From positions 5,422 through 69,421 of the IMG/VR virus record IMGVR_UViG_3300043436_001160: 64,000 nucleotides of DNA; one strand, written 5' to 3'. Positions 38,096-47,715 of this stretch are shown here, one piece after another; the first letter of the stretch is position 1; the number at the start of each line of letters is the position of its first letter. Under the pieces are notes generated by a model. It did not search any database. It was not told the origin of the DNA and worked only from the letters and a program-made list of their open reading frames with translations. Position numbers and translations under genes: made by a program. The DNA comes from a virus.

Positions 38096-39763
38096 ATGAA
38101 GATTCCTCAAGAAGTATTAGATGATTTTAGAAACCATTTGTATTTTTGTTTTAAGCATCTTGGTCTTGGGGAACCTACCAAAATCCAATACGAAATTGCA
38201 CGAGAGATTCAAGAAGGTGCCAATGACTGTATCCTGACGGCAGGACGCGGTACTGGTAAGTCTACTATTACAGCTTGTTTAGCAAGTTGGGAGTGGCTTA
38301 AGGACCCAAACCTCACCTTCTTGGTTCTTTCTAATACTCAAGGCAAAGCTATAGATTTTGTCTCACAGGCTAGAAAGATCTTATCGGTAGTTCCGTATTG
38401 TCAATTCATGATCCCACGGGATCAGGATAAAGATAACGCACTTGGTTTTAACTTAGCGGTTAGAACTAAGTTTACACAAGATCTAAACTGTGCTGCCAGA
38501 GGTATCACAGGACAGATCACAGGTCTACACGCAGACCGTGTAGTACTTGACGATATTGAGGTTTCGGGTAAAAATGAAACCCCAGTAGGTAAAGAAACAT
38601 TACTTAAGAAACTAGCAGAATTAGAGTCTATTAGAAATAAAGGTTCAAGAGTTATCTTCCTAGGTACTCCCCATTATCAGGACTCTGTTTATAATGTTCT
38701 TAAAGAATCCTACCCTATGATTAAGTATCCAGCCGAGATGCCAGACATCTCCGTACCCCATGAGGTCGAGGATGTGGCTCCTTGGGTCCTAGGATTGGAT
38801 ATAAAGCCAGGGGACGCTACACAGCCAGAGAGATTCGACCGAGAGGAGCTTGCCTCCAGATCGGCTAAAATCGGCCCTAGTCACTATGCTTTACAATACA
38901 AGCTTATTACCAGCTTAGCGGACCAAGATAGATATCCTCTTAAGTTACGGGACCTAGTGGTATTAGATGTAGATCCAGAGGTAGGTCCAGATAAAATTGT
39001 ATGGCAAGGTCAGAACCCAATGCCAGGAATTCCTGTGTTTGGAATCGCAGGAGATATAGTTCCAGTTCCTATGCATGTGTCTAATAACTACCTTAAGTAT
39101 CAACACATGCATCTCTGTATTGACCCAAGTGGACGAGGTACAGATGAAACAGGACTTTGTGTAGCGTCTGTCCTAAGTGGAACTATTTTTATACACGAAC
39201 TACTAGGCATCAGTGGTGGCTATGATGATGGAACTTTAATGAAAATTGCCAAATTAGTTAATGAATATCAGATTCCCCTAGTTAGGGTAGAGTCTAACTT
39301 TGGTGATGGTTTGTTTACTAAAGTACTTACACCATTCCTAATCCAACACTGTGGTAGGGTTGGTATAGAAGAGTATAGAGTTACAGGTCAAAAAGAATTA
39401 AGAATTATATCTACTCTTGAGCCTGTAATGGCAATGCATAGATTGGTTATATCTAGAAAAGCAATTAAAGATCAAAACAATCAAATGCAAATTACAAGAC
39501 TACACAGGGGCCGAGGAGCCTTAAAGCATGATGATCGGGTGGATGTATTATCTGCTGCTGTGGAGTTTTATAAATCGCATATGTCTTTAGATACAAGCAA
39601 GGCATCCGAAGATATTAAACAAAAAGAATGGGAAAAAAGAGTTAAAGACTGGGCTAATAATTTTAGAGCCAGTGATTATGTTCCTTGCTCTGGAGCAACC
39701 CGAGTGGTTGCAACAAATCAAAAAAAGAAATCAAAAAACTCTAATAAACAATGGGGTTGGTAA
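38096..39763 (+). CDS. Terminase large subunit (T7 gp19-like)
   Basis: AGRGTGKST, GITGQITGLHAD, LDDIE, LGTP, IDPSGRGTDE, ESNFGDG, HDDRVD. Confidence 0.96.
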   Translation: MKIPQEVLDDFRNHLYFCFKHLGLGEPTKIQYEIAREIQEGANDCILTAGRGTGKSTITACLASWEWLKDPNLTFLVLSNTQGKAIDFVSQARKILSVVPYCQFMIPRDQDKDNALGFNLAVRTKFTQDLNCAARGITGQITGLHADRVVLDDIEVSGKNETPVGKETLLKKLAELESIRNKGSRVIFLGTPHYQDSVYNVLKESYPMIKYPAEMPDISVPHEVEDVAPWVLGLDIKPGDATQPERFDREELASRSAKIGPSHYALQYKLITSLADQDRYPLKLRDLVVLDVDPEVGPDKIVWQGQNPMPGIPVFGIAGDIVPVPMHVSNNYLKYQHMHLCIDPSGRGTDETGLCVASVLSGTIFIHELLGISGGYDDGTLMKIAKLVNEYQIPLVRVESNFGDGLFTKVLTPFLIQHCGRVGIEEYRVTGQKELRIISTLEPVMAMHRLVISRKAIKDQNNQMQITRLHRGRGALKHDDRVDVLSAAVEFYKSHMSLDTSKASEDIKQKEWEKRVKDWANNFRASDYVPCSGATRVVATNQKKKSKNSNKQWGW

Positions 39764-39774
39764 GGAGATAACAC

Positions 39775-40608
39775 ATGGACCCAATGACCGTCATAGCCCT
39801 CGGTGGTGCAATTGCTGGGGGCGCAAGTTCAATTTTTGGAGGAATGGCTCAAGGAGCCGCTGCTCGTTTACGGAATCAACAAGCAACACAACGGTGGATT
39901 CAAGAAAATACTCAACGTACTTTTGCAAATGCCCGTGAACAGTTTATGTCTACCTATAACTTTGCTCAACAAGCTAAAAGAAATGCAGCTATTGCTGAGT
40001 CTGCCTATGCAACACAATATGAAGCTACACAAAACCTAAAACAAATTGAGAGTTTTCAGCATCGTCAACTCGCAAGACAAAAGGCTCAAACATCAGCTTC
40101 TTTATTAAATGCTATGGGCAGTAGTGGAATCTCGCCATCAAGTGGTTTATATGCTTCTTTAGCAACCGCACAAGCATTAGATGCTCTTAATAATATTTCT
40201 CAATTAAAGAAAAATATTCAAATGCAAAAATCAAATATTGATAAAGAATTTAGAGCACAAATGTCAGCACAAACTGAAAATATATTTATGCCAAATATTG
40301 TGGGTTACATGGATGCACCTATGCTAGAAGATGCCTCAGCACTTGAGACAGCTGGTATAATTTCTGGTGCTTTACAAATTGGTAGTGCATTTGCTGGTGC
40401 TGCTGTAGGAGCTGCTGGAAGTTCTGGCTCTACTACAGGAACCACTGGAAATCCTAGTGGAACTCGTTCTATTGGTAATAATACTTCTACAGTAAATCAA
40501 TTTGGAACTGATGTAAGTAGAGCACCCATAGGTTACAATGTAGCATCTACTGCTTCTGGTTCTACATTAAGTAGACAACCACAAATGTTTAGTGTTTTTA
40601 GGAGATAA
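39775..40608 (+). CDS. Internal virion protein (gp14-like)
   Basis: MDPMTVIALGGAIAGGASS N-terminus; A/Q-rich helical. Confidence 0.7.
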   Translation: MDPMTVIALGGAIAGGASSIFGGMAQGAAARLRNQQATQRWIQENTQRTFANAREQFMSTYNFAQQAKRNAAIAESAYATQYEATQNLKQIESFQHRQLARQKAQTSASLLNAMGSSGISPSSGLYASLATAQALDALNNISQLKKNIQMQKSNIDKEFRAQMSAQTENIFMPNIVGYMDAPMLEDASALETAGIISGALQIGSAFAGAAVGAAGSSGSTTGTTGNPSGTRSIGNNTSTVNQFGTDVSRAPIGYNVASTASGSTLSRQPQMFSVFRR

Positions 40609-40610
40609 TT

Positions 40611-43600
40611 ATGTCAAGAGCAAATATTCAATCTCTATTACAAATGCAACCCATTGAGCCATTACAAGCTCAACGAACTCCTGTTGAGTTTAAAGAATCA
40701 TCTTTTTCAGGAGGACAATTCCGACCTGGCGAAATGTCAGCTTTACCCGCTAAGTCTTCTGAAGTTTATATGTATGAAGCATTAGCGGAAATTGCTTCGG
40801 GAACACAACAAAGTTTAAATATTTTTGCTGATATAGGCCAAAGAATTGAAAATGAAACAATTCAAAACAGTGAAATTGAATGGGAAAGAATTGATGCATT
40901 AGAGATTGATCCTAGAGAAAAAGTACAAATGTTTAATAAACATTTAGAAAATAATTCTACTATTTTGTCTGGTGATGCATGGAAACGTAAGTTAACTAAT
41001 AGAATGGCAAAATCATGGGGACCTGATGCCTTTGAACAATTTGTTTCAGATGAGTATAATTCTCAGGCAAAAGAATGGGATAAGTTTGATGGGAAAATGG
41101 GTCCTGTTTTATCAGATGAATTCTTAGAAGTATTTGCTAAAAACAATCCTTCATTAGTTGGTTCAAACTTTTATACCTCTTTACGCAATGCAACTACAGC
41201 TCAGTTAGTTGAACAAGAACAAATGCTTGTAACCAATCAACTATTAGGAGCAAAAATACAAGAGTTTTCTCTTCCTTCGGACTTATTATCTGGATTGGCT
41301 GATGGTTCATTGGATATTGAACAAGCAAGAAAAATAAATCCAAAAGTTGTTACTCTTTTAGAGCAAGCTTATTCATACACAGATAGAACAGCACATGCAG
41401 ACGTGTTTAAAAAAGAATTCTATGATGCTACTGCTGACATGGTTTCTACCTTTGATCCTGATATCCAATATCAAGTAAGAGTAAAGCTTTCTGAAATATT
41501 GCCAAAGATTGAAGCTGATTTTTGGAATGCATCTAGATTACTTAGGAAAAATAATAATGATAGAATGAAACAAGCTTTAGCAGCTTCAGCTTCATTAGGG
41601 TTTCTTTCAGCTCCAAATCCACAAACCCTAAAGACATTTGGAGAACAGAGTAGAGCTGCCCTCTCTAATATGAATGATATACAGCAAGAGCAATATTTAA
41701 GAGATGCTTATACACAAATTTATAATGGACTAGCTACTAACCAATATCCAGAATTTTATGATGCTGCTTCTTTTACTTTATTACCTCCAGCACAACAATT
41801 AGAAATTGTAGATAATCTATTTAAAGAGTCTTTTGGCCCTGGTTTAGATGGAGTATTAAAAGATAAAACTTCAGATTTTAAAGATTTAGATTCTACTGTA
41901 AAATACCTTTCAAGTGCTTTTAAAGTTTCTAAGCAGGGACAACAATTGTGGGGTGGATTACTAAGTTCTGTAGAGTCTTCAACGAAACAAATTATTGATG
42001 GAATTACTTTAGATCCTAATATTCCTTTAGAAACAAGTTTAGGTAGTTTTGTCGATGATCTAGACGCCAAACTTGGATTAACTAGAGACTTAGTTCAAAG
42101 TGGTTCTACACCAGAAGAAGCAAGAAACCTTATTGAATCTTTATTCTTTACAGAGCAACGAGATGCTGAAGGTAACATAATTAAAGATGCAAATGGACAG
42201 CCTATTGTTACGCCTAGAACAGATACTATTCAACAAATGATTAACGAAGGAAATGTAGATGTTCTTGTCCCATTTACTAAAGCTGGGTTATCTTACGAAG
42301 CTATAGAAAAACTTCGTGGATATGTTGTTAATATTATAGAAGCAAAAGCTAGAAATGCTCCAAAGGGTGGAACTGCTACCACCCTTGATAAAAGAAAATA
42401 CCTAACAACTGAAAGTGCTTTAGGAGCTTTAATCAGTGAGCCAGGTCTTTTAAATGCTGTAGATACCTATAGCGCTAATCCAAGCCGATTAAACGAATTA
42501 AGTCCCGAAGCTCAACAAGATTTTAATATGCTTATACAAGCTAAAGCTAAAATAGATTATGAAGCACGCACTGTTGCTTTAAATGTTTTAGTATCTGCTG
42601 GTAAAATAACTGAACAAGAGTTAGAACTATACCTTAAACCACAATCAGCTCAAACACTTCAGGAACAGACCCAAAGATTTAAGACTATAGAAAAAATTAA
42701 CACAGAAGTAAATAAATATTATGGTGTTAATCTTGAAGGAATGACTGTTCTTGATCCAACTAAACCAATATCATGGGATTCAATAGCTAATCAAGAGTGG
42801 ACATTTACAGGAGACAACGGTGTTGAATACTTAGCTAATACAGGCAATTGGTTAGGTTTACGAACTGCAATGATTGCACGAACCATGCATCAACTACCAG
42901 AAAGTACATCTAATGAGTTCTTTAGTCAGTTTAGAAGACAATTTGCAAAACTTGGTAATGGTTCTATTGCTAATGTAAAACCACATGAACTTTATCCAGT
43001 ATTATTTGTTGCACGGGGATTAGCGTTAACTGGAACAAACTTTAATTTCTCGGTTGATATGTCTAATCAAGGTAATAAAGTTTTTGAAAGTTTAGTAAAG
43101 TTTATTGCTACATCTGATATTCCAACTAGCGTAAGCGGAGTAGATAATAAAGCTAGTCAGTTTTTATCTATTGTACAAGCAGCATCTAGAGTAATGGGCA
43201 ACCCTTCAGAAAAGATATCTGTAATTCCTGGTGCTGAAGCTAAGTCTATTTCAGAAACTGCTTCCGATGTTATTACACAGATTGGAACAGGAAGAATTCA
43301 TAGTTTTTATGGACTTAATGAAGAGGATTTTAAAAAACAAAAAGTTTCGGATAAAACAACACAGGTTGTTGCTCAACTTTTTGGTATAGCAGGGCGTACT
43401 ACAGAAGAAAGCCTAGTAAATGTATATAATCTTATTAGCCCTTTGTTTGCTAGTAATTCATCATTTGCCCAAACAGGAAATATTTTACCTCCTACTTACA
43501 ATGGAAGTATGATGGTTCAACTTCCTAACCAAGATCCAAAACCATTTAATTCACTTTCAGTGGATGAAAAGCTTGTTTATTATTTTGATGCCTTAGGAAA

Positions 43601-44654
43601 AACAGATCGTAGAGAAGCTGAAGGTGTTTTAATGACTTTACTTTCACTACAACAATCGGTTCCTCCAGATCAATTACCAGTTGGTACAGCAAATAATGCA
43701 GCAAATCGTATTCAGGCTATGAGATCTTTATCAGAAACAACTAGAGAATTTAACCTAAGAAACTCATCTTTAGGTGGTGTTCCTTTCTACAGTGTACAAT
43801 TTGCTCCACGAAACTGGGATTATTATATGTTTCCTGGTTGGTCCCCAAATATTATTAGACAAGGAACTACATTACCAAGTTTAGACACTAGTTATGATCC
43901 TTCTGCATCAGCAAGAAGTCCTGAGTTTGTTCTTAAGCAAGCACTACAGGCTACCTTTCCTGAAGGTATTCCTCTTTCCTTTTCTGATATGAGTGATATA
44001 ATGGATAAGAGTTCTGATCCTAATGCAAGATCTTTATTTAGAAGTGACTTTGAAAATGCCTTTAGTGATGGTACTACTTTTGAAAGTCGTCGTGGAGTAC
44101 GAAAAGGTTTAGATCCAGTTGATTTATATGTTGCTTCAACCCTTAGTTTACCAGCTTCCAGAGAAAACTTAGACTGGTTAATAAAAACATATGTTTCTCC
44201 TGAAGGTATTCAATTATTAGAAAGTAAATCAAACGAAATACAAGCAATGAGTAATGAACTTGCAAAACAAACTGTAGGAGCTTCTGATGTTACAGTTTTT
44301 GAAATGTTAAAAAAAATAGATCCAGAAACATATAAGGCTGTAACTCAAAAACTACAAGAATTAAAGCTTGGTTTAAATGAAGCAAATAAAACTGCTAGAT
44401 TCTCTACAAATCCAACTAGAACACAAGCTTCTATTTATTATAGAGATAAAAACGGTAATCACCAAAATATACCAATTTACACTTTACCATCCCAACCAAC
44501 TACGTCAACAGCAAGTGCTGTAAACCATAGACGCCTTGTTCGTTGGACTAAAACTATGCTTGAATTAGATAGGCTTCAAAAGCCACAAGACTTAAGAACC
44601 ACCCCAAAACCACAAAAAACTTTTGGTGGACCACTAGAAAGAACTAAACTATGA
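40611..44654 (+). CDS. Internal virion protein (gp15-like position)
   Basis: 1347 aa helical protein following the gp14-like gene. Confidence 0.6.
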   Translation: MSRANIQSLLQMQPIEPLQAQRTPVEFKESSFSGGQFRPGEMSALPAKSSEVYMYEALAEIASGTQQSLNIFADIGQRIENETIQNSEIEWERIDALEIDPREKVQMFNKHLENNSTILSGDAWKRKLTNRMAKSWGPDAFEQFVSDEYNSQAKEWDKFDGKMGPVLSDEFLEVFAKNNPSLVGSNFYTSLRNATTAQLVEQEQMLVTNQLLGAKIQEFSLPSDLLSGLADGSLDIEQARKINPKVVTLLEQAYSYTDRTAHADVFKKEFYDATADMVSTFDPDIQYQVRVKLSEILPKIEADFWNASRLLRKNNNDRMKQALAASASLGFLSAPNPQTLKTFGEQSRAALSNMNDIQQEQYLRDAYTQIYNGLATNQYPEFYDAASFTLLPPAQQLEIVDNLFKESFGPGLDGVLKDKTSDFKDLDSTVKYLSSAFKVSKQGQQLWGGLLSSVESSTKQIIDGITLDPNIPLETSLGSFVDDLDAKLGLTRDLVQSGSTPEEARNLIESLFFTEQRDAEGNIIKDANGQPIVTPRTDTIQQMINEGNVDVLVPFTKAGLSYEAIEKLRGYVVNIIEAKARNAPKGGTATTLDKRKYLTTESALGALISEPGLLNAVDTYSANPSRLNELSPEAQQDFNMLIQAKAKIDYEARTVALNVLVSAGKITEQELELYLKPQSAQTLQEQTQRFKTIEKINTEVNKYYGVNLEGMTVLDPTKPISWDSIANQEWTFTGDNGVEYLANTGNWLGLRTAMIARTMHQLPESTSNEFFSQFRRQFAKLGNGSIANVKPHELYPVLFVARGLALTGTNFNFSVDMSNQGNKVFESLVKFIATSDIPTSVSGVDNKASQFLSIVQAASRVMGNPSEKISVIPGAEAKSISETASDVITQIGTGRIHSFYGLNEEDFKKQKVSDKTTQVVAQLFGIAGRTTEESLVNVYNLISPLFASNSSFAQTGNILPPTYNGSMMVQLPNQDPKPFNSLSVDEKLVYYFDALGKTDRREAEGVLMTLLSLQQSVPPDQLPVGTANNAANRIQAMRSLSETTREFNLRNSSLGGVPFYSVQFAPRNWDYYMFPGWSPNIIRQGTTLPSLDTSYDPSASARSPEFVLKQALQATFPEGIPLSFSDMSDIMDKSSDPNARSLFRSDFENAFSDGTTFESRRGVRKGLDPVDLYVASTLSLPASRENLDWLIKTYVSPEGIQLLESKSNEIQAMSNELAKQTVGASDVTVFEMLKKIDPETYKAVTQKLQELKLGLNEANKTARFSTNPTRTQASIYYRDKNGNHQNIPIYTLPSQPTTSTASAVNHRRLVRWTKTMLELDRLQKPQDLRTTPKPQKTFGGPLERTKL

Positions 44655-47600
44655 GTATGTTTACAAATAATCCTATTAATTTAGGACTAACTACTACAAG
44701 CAATCAACCTAGTGAAGAATCTTCTGTTTATTTTGGTCCTGTTGATAAAGAAAACATTAGAAAAACTATGTTAATGTTTGGTTTTGATGCAACTGTTAAA
44801 GAAAGACAAAGAAACCAAGAACTTGCTTTAGCGGATGAAAACAAAGCTAACGAAGTTTCTGAATACTTTAAAAGATTTAAGGAAAGAAAAAATAAAGAAG
44901 AAGAAGTAATTGAATCTTATGCCCAAGAGTTAGGTTATGATCAAAAAGGATTATTATCTTACGATCCCAACTCAGGTGGTAAGTTTAAAATGGGAACTTT
45001 AGGTTTTCATGATGCAAATGTTGTAGCAAATTACAATGGTCAATTACTTGAGTTAATGACTACAAACCAAAATACTATTTGGGCACAAACAAATGCTTTT
45101 ATGAACACAGATCTTTTTAATGCATCTACCGCATTAGAACCGATTGTAGAAACTGTTCCTATGTTTCAATTAGACCTAGCAACAGGAACATACTTTAAAC
45201 CAGATGGCACAACACTATTAATGAAAGATCTTAGAGATACCGCAGGTATTAATCTTGATACTATGGGTATTTCATTTAACCCAGACGATCCTGTAACTCC
45301 TAATACTATTGTTGGTTTTGGTCTTGAACAAGCACCAATTTTAGCTGAAAGCGTTTTATTAACACAACGGACTAAATCACCAGGTATTAAAGCTTTATTA
45401 CGAAATGAATTTGAAGAATCATTTTTTAATGAACGAGTTGGATCTAATATAGTTAATAATTTTGATAGATATTTGTTAAAGCCATGGGGTTCAGCAGCTA
45501 CAGATCTTTCTCTCTGGCCTGTTTTGGATGCTATTGAAGGTTTAGTTTCTCCTGAAACAACAAACCCAGCATGGATTGCTTTACATAGTTCTAATAAAAT
45601 TAATGGATCTGAAATGGTTAATGAACTTCAAACTAGAGATCCAGTTCTTTATAAAGCATGGACAGACGAGGGTGTTGATTGGGAATACCTAAAAGGCGTT
45701 AAAAATGCTGGTGAGTTTAGGTCTTACGTTAATGGTGTATTTATCAATAATGCAATTGCAAGAACCTTAAAATCCCATCAACAAATACATCCATATTGGA
45801 CATATGTTAAAGAAGCAAGACACGCGATCTACAGTACCTTAACTTCTGGGGATGCTGTAGGTCAAACAGCAATCATGGTTGCTACTGCTGGTACTAGTAC
45901 TGTTTTTTCATTAGGTCTTACTGCACGATCTGCTATAGTTGGTGCAACCAGAACAGCAGCAACTTCTTCTAATAACTTTAGATTTGGTATTAAAGGAGCC
46001 TTGGCTGTAAGACAGAATCTTAAACGAATAAATGCGGCTTTACCTGTTAATCTTCCTGGAACTATATTAGAAATTGCAGCTAAGAAAGCTGGAACTAAGT
46101 TTCCAAGATTAACGGCATTAAATAATACTATAAAAGGAACTAACCTTAGTGCACTAAAGGGAGCTAAGTTAGTTAAAGGTGCATTTAAAACAGGAGCACT
46201 TTGGAGTGCTGGACAAGCTGTAGAGGGTTTTGTTGAAGAAGGCGTTACAAGTTTAATCAATCAAGGATATGATTATTCTTTAGGATTTAGATCTCATTTA
46301 GATTTAGCAAATACATTTGAACAAGCACTTTATGGTGCTATTATGGAACCAATATTAGGCGGTGCCCTTGCTCCTTTAAACTTTACAACTGCTAAGATTA
46401 TTAATAGTCCTAATACTATTATTAATGCTGGTGCTCGTTATTTTAATCTAAGTCCATCTAGAGCCAGAGAATTTAATGCTTATTTATCAGCTATACAAGG
46501 TAGTTTTGATGACTTAGATCCTTTAGCAGCAGAAATGAGAATTCAGCATATTACTAGGGGTTTAATGTTTGAACGAACATTTGGTAAGTATACATCAGAA
46601 GGATACGACTCTATTGAAAAAGCTTATACATCCCTAGCAAACCTAGGCCATCAAGTAAGTGCTCTTAGCGGAAAACTAAATACAACATCTTTATTAGATG
46701 CTGGTATTATATTTGGTGAAACACTAGAAAAACTAAATACTGACTATAGACAAAATAGGTTAAACCAAGAACAACTAAATAATATTGATGAGGCAATTAA
46801 AGCAGATGTTTTTATTCGGGATAAAGATGGAACTCTTAGATTGAACAAAAATCTTGCAGAGTCCTTTTTATTAATTACAACTTTAGGTGGTTTAGGTCGA
46901 AGTAATAATAACTCTTTATTAAGTTTAAATTTTTTTAAAGCTCAACATGATAACATTGTAACAGAAAAACTTAAAAAAGAAAATGAAGAGTTAGTAAAAA
47001 AAATTGAAGATCCAAATACTCCAATAGAAGAAAAAGAAAAACTACAAGAAGAACTAGATAGTAAAGTTTCTGAGCGTGTAAAAACTATTAGTAAAGATGT
47101 TATCGAACAAGTAGAAAAACAACAACAATTGTTTTTTAAAGTATTTCCTATTGTACAAGAAACTATAGAGTCTTTTGAAATTGATCCACAAACTAACAAC
47201 TCTATTCAAGCCGCTACAAACAGTATATTACAGACATTACAGGAACCAACAAACCGATTACAAAAATTCGCAGAAAGTTTAAAAAATCAAGAAGATACTA
47301 AGGGTACTCCTATAGATACTGGGGCTACTGAGGGTACTGGGGCTACTGAGGATACTGGGGCTACTGAGGGTACTGGGGCTACTGAGGGTACTGGGGCTAC
47401 TGAGGGTACCCCTATAGATACTGGGGATATTGAGGGTACTCCTATAGATACTGGAGATACTGAGGGTACTGAAGCTTTTAAGTTTTCTCTTTTAGATCTA
47501 CCATTATCAGGAGAAACTTTTGAACAGTTTTCAACTTTACTTAAATCCGTGGATATAGAAACGAATGGATATGTTAATTCGTTTGTTAATATACATAAAG

Positions 47601-47701
47601 AAGACAGCGAAAAACAAGCCAAAGCATTGATAGAGTTAGCTCCATTATATGATAAAGAAGAGCTTAAAAAAGAATTACAAACACAGATTAATTGCTCATA
47701 A
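44651..47701 (+). CDS. Internal virion protein with hydrophobic segments
   Basis: A/G-rich TM-like stretches, AVEGFVEEGV motif, C-terminal tandem repeat. Confidence 0.6.
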   Translation: MSMFTNNPINLGLTTTSNQPSEESSVYFGPVDKENIRKTMLMFGFDATVKERQRNQELALADENKANEVSEYFKRFKERKNKEEEVIESYAQELGYDQKGLLSYDPNSGGKFKMGTLGFHDANVVANYNGQLLELMTTNQNTIWAQTNAFMNTDLFNASTALEPIVETVPMFQLDLATGTYFKPDGTTLLMKDLRDTAGINLDTMGISFNPDDPVTPNTIVGFGLEQAPILAESVLLTQRTKSPGIKALLRNEFEESFFNERVGSNIVNNFDRYLLKPWGSAATDLSLWPVLDAIEGLVSPETTNPAWIALHSSNKINGSEMVNELQTRDPVLYKAWTDEGVDWEYLKGVKNAGEFRSYVNGVFINNAIARTLKSHQQIHPYWTYVKEARHAIYSTLTSGDAVGQTAIMVATAGTSTVFSLGLTARSAIVGATRTAATSSNNFRFGIKGALAVRQNLKRINAALPVNLPGTILEIAAKKAGTKFPRLTALNNTIKGTNLSALKGAKLVKGAFKTGALWSAGQAVEGFVEEGVTSLINQGYDYSLGFRSHLDLANTFEQALYGAIMEPILGGALAPLNFTTAKIINSPNTIINAGARYFNLSPSRAREFNAYLSAIQGSFDDLDPLAAEMRIQHITRGLMFERTFGKYTSEGYDSIEKAYTSLANLGHQVSALSGKLNTTSLLDAGIIFGETLEKLNTDYRQNRLNQEQLNNIDEAIKADVFIRDKDGTLRLNKNLAESFLLITTLGGLGRSNNNSLLSLNFFKAQHDNIVTEKLKKENEELVKKIEDPNTPIEEKEKLQEELDSKVSERVKTISKDVIEQVEKQQQLFFKVFPIVQETIESFEIDPQTNNSIQAATNSILQTLQEPTNRLQKFAESLKNQEDTKGTPIDTGATEGTGATEDTGATEGTGATEGTGATEGTPIDTGDIEGTPIDTGDTEGTEAFKFSLLDLPLSGETFEQFSTLLKSVDIETNGYVNSFVNIHKEDSEKQAKALIELAPLYDKEELKKELQTQINCS
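47294..47472 (+). repeat. In-frame 18/30-bp tandem repeat encoding GTGATE / GTPIDTGxxE
   Basis: Repeated ACTGGGGCTACTGAGGGT and ACTCCTATAGATACTGG units. Confidence 0.92.
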
Positions 47702-47715
47702 GGAGAATTTAAAAT

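Noticed and set aside
47294-47472. CRISPR array
   Set aside because: No unique spacers; the repeats are in-frame coding units
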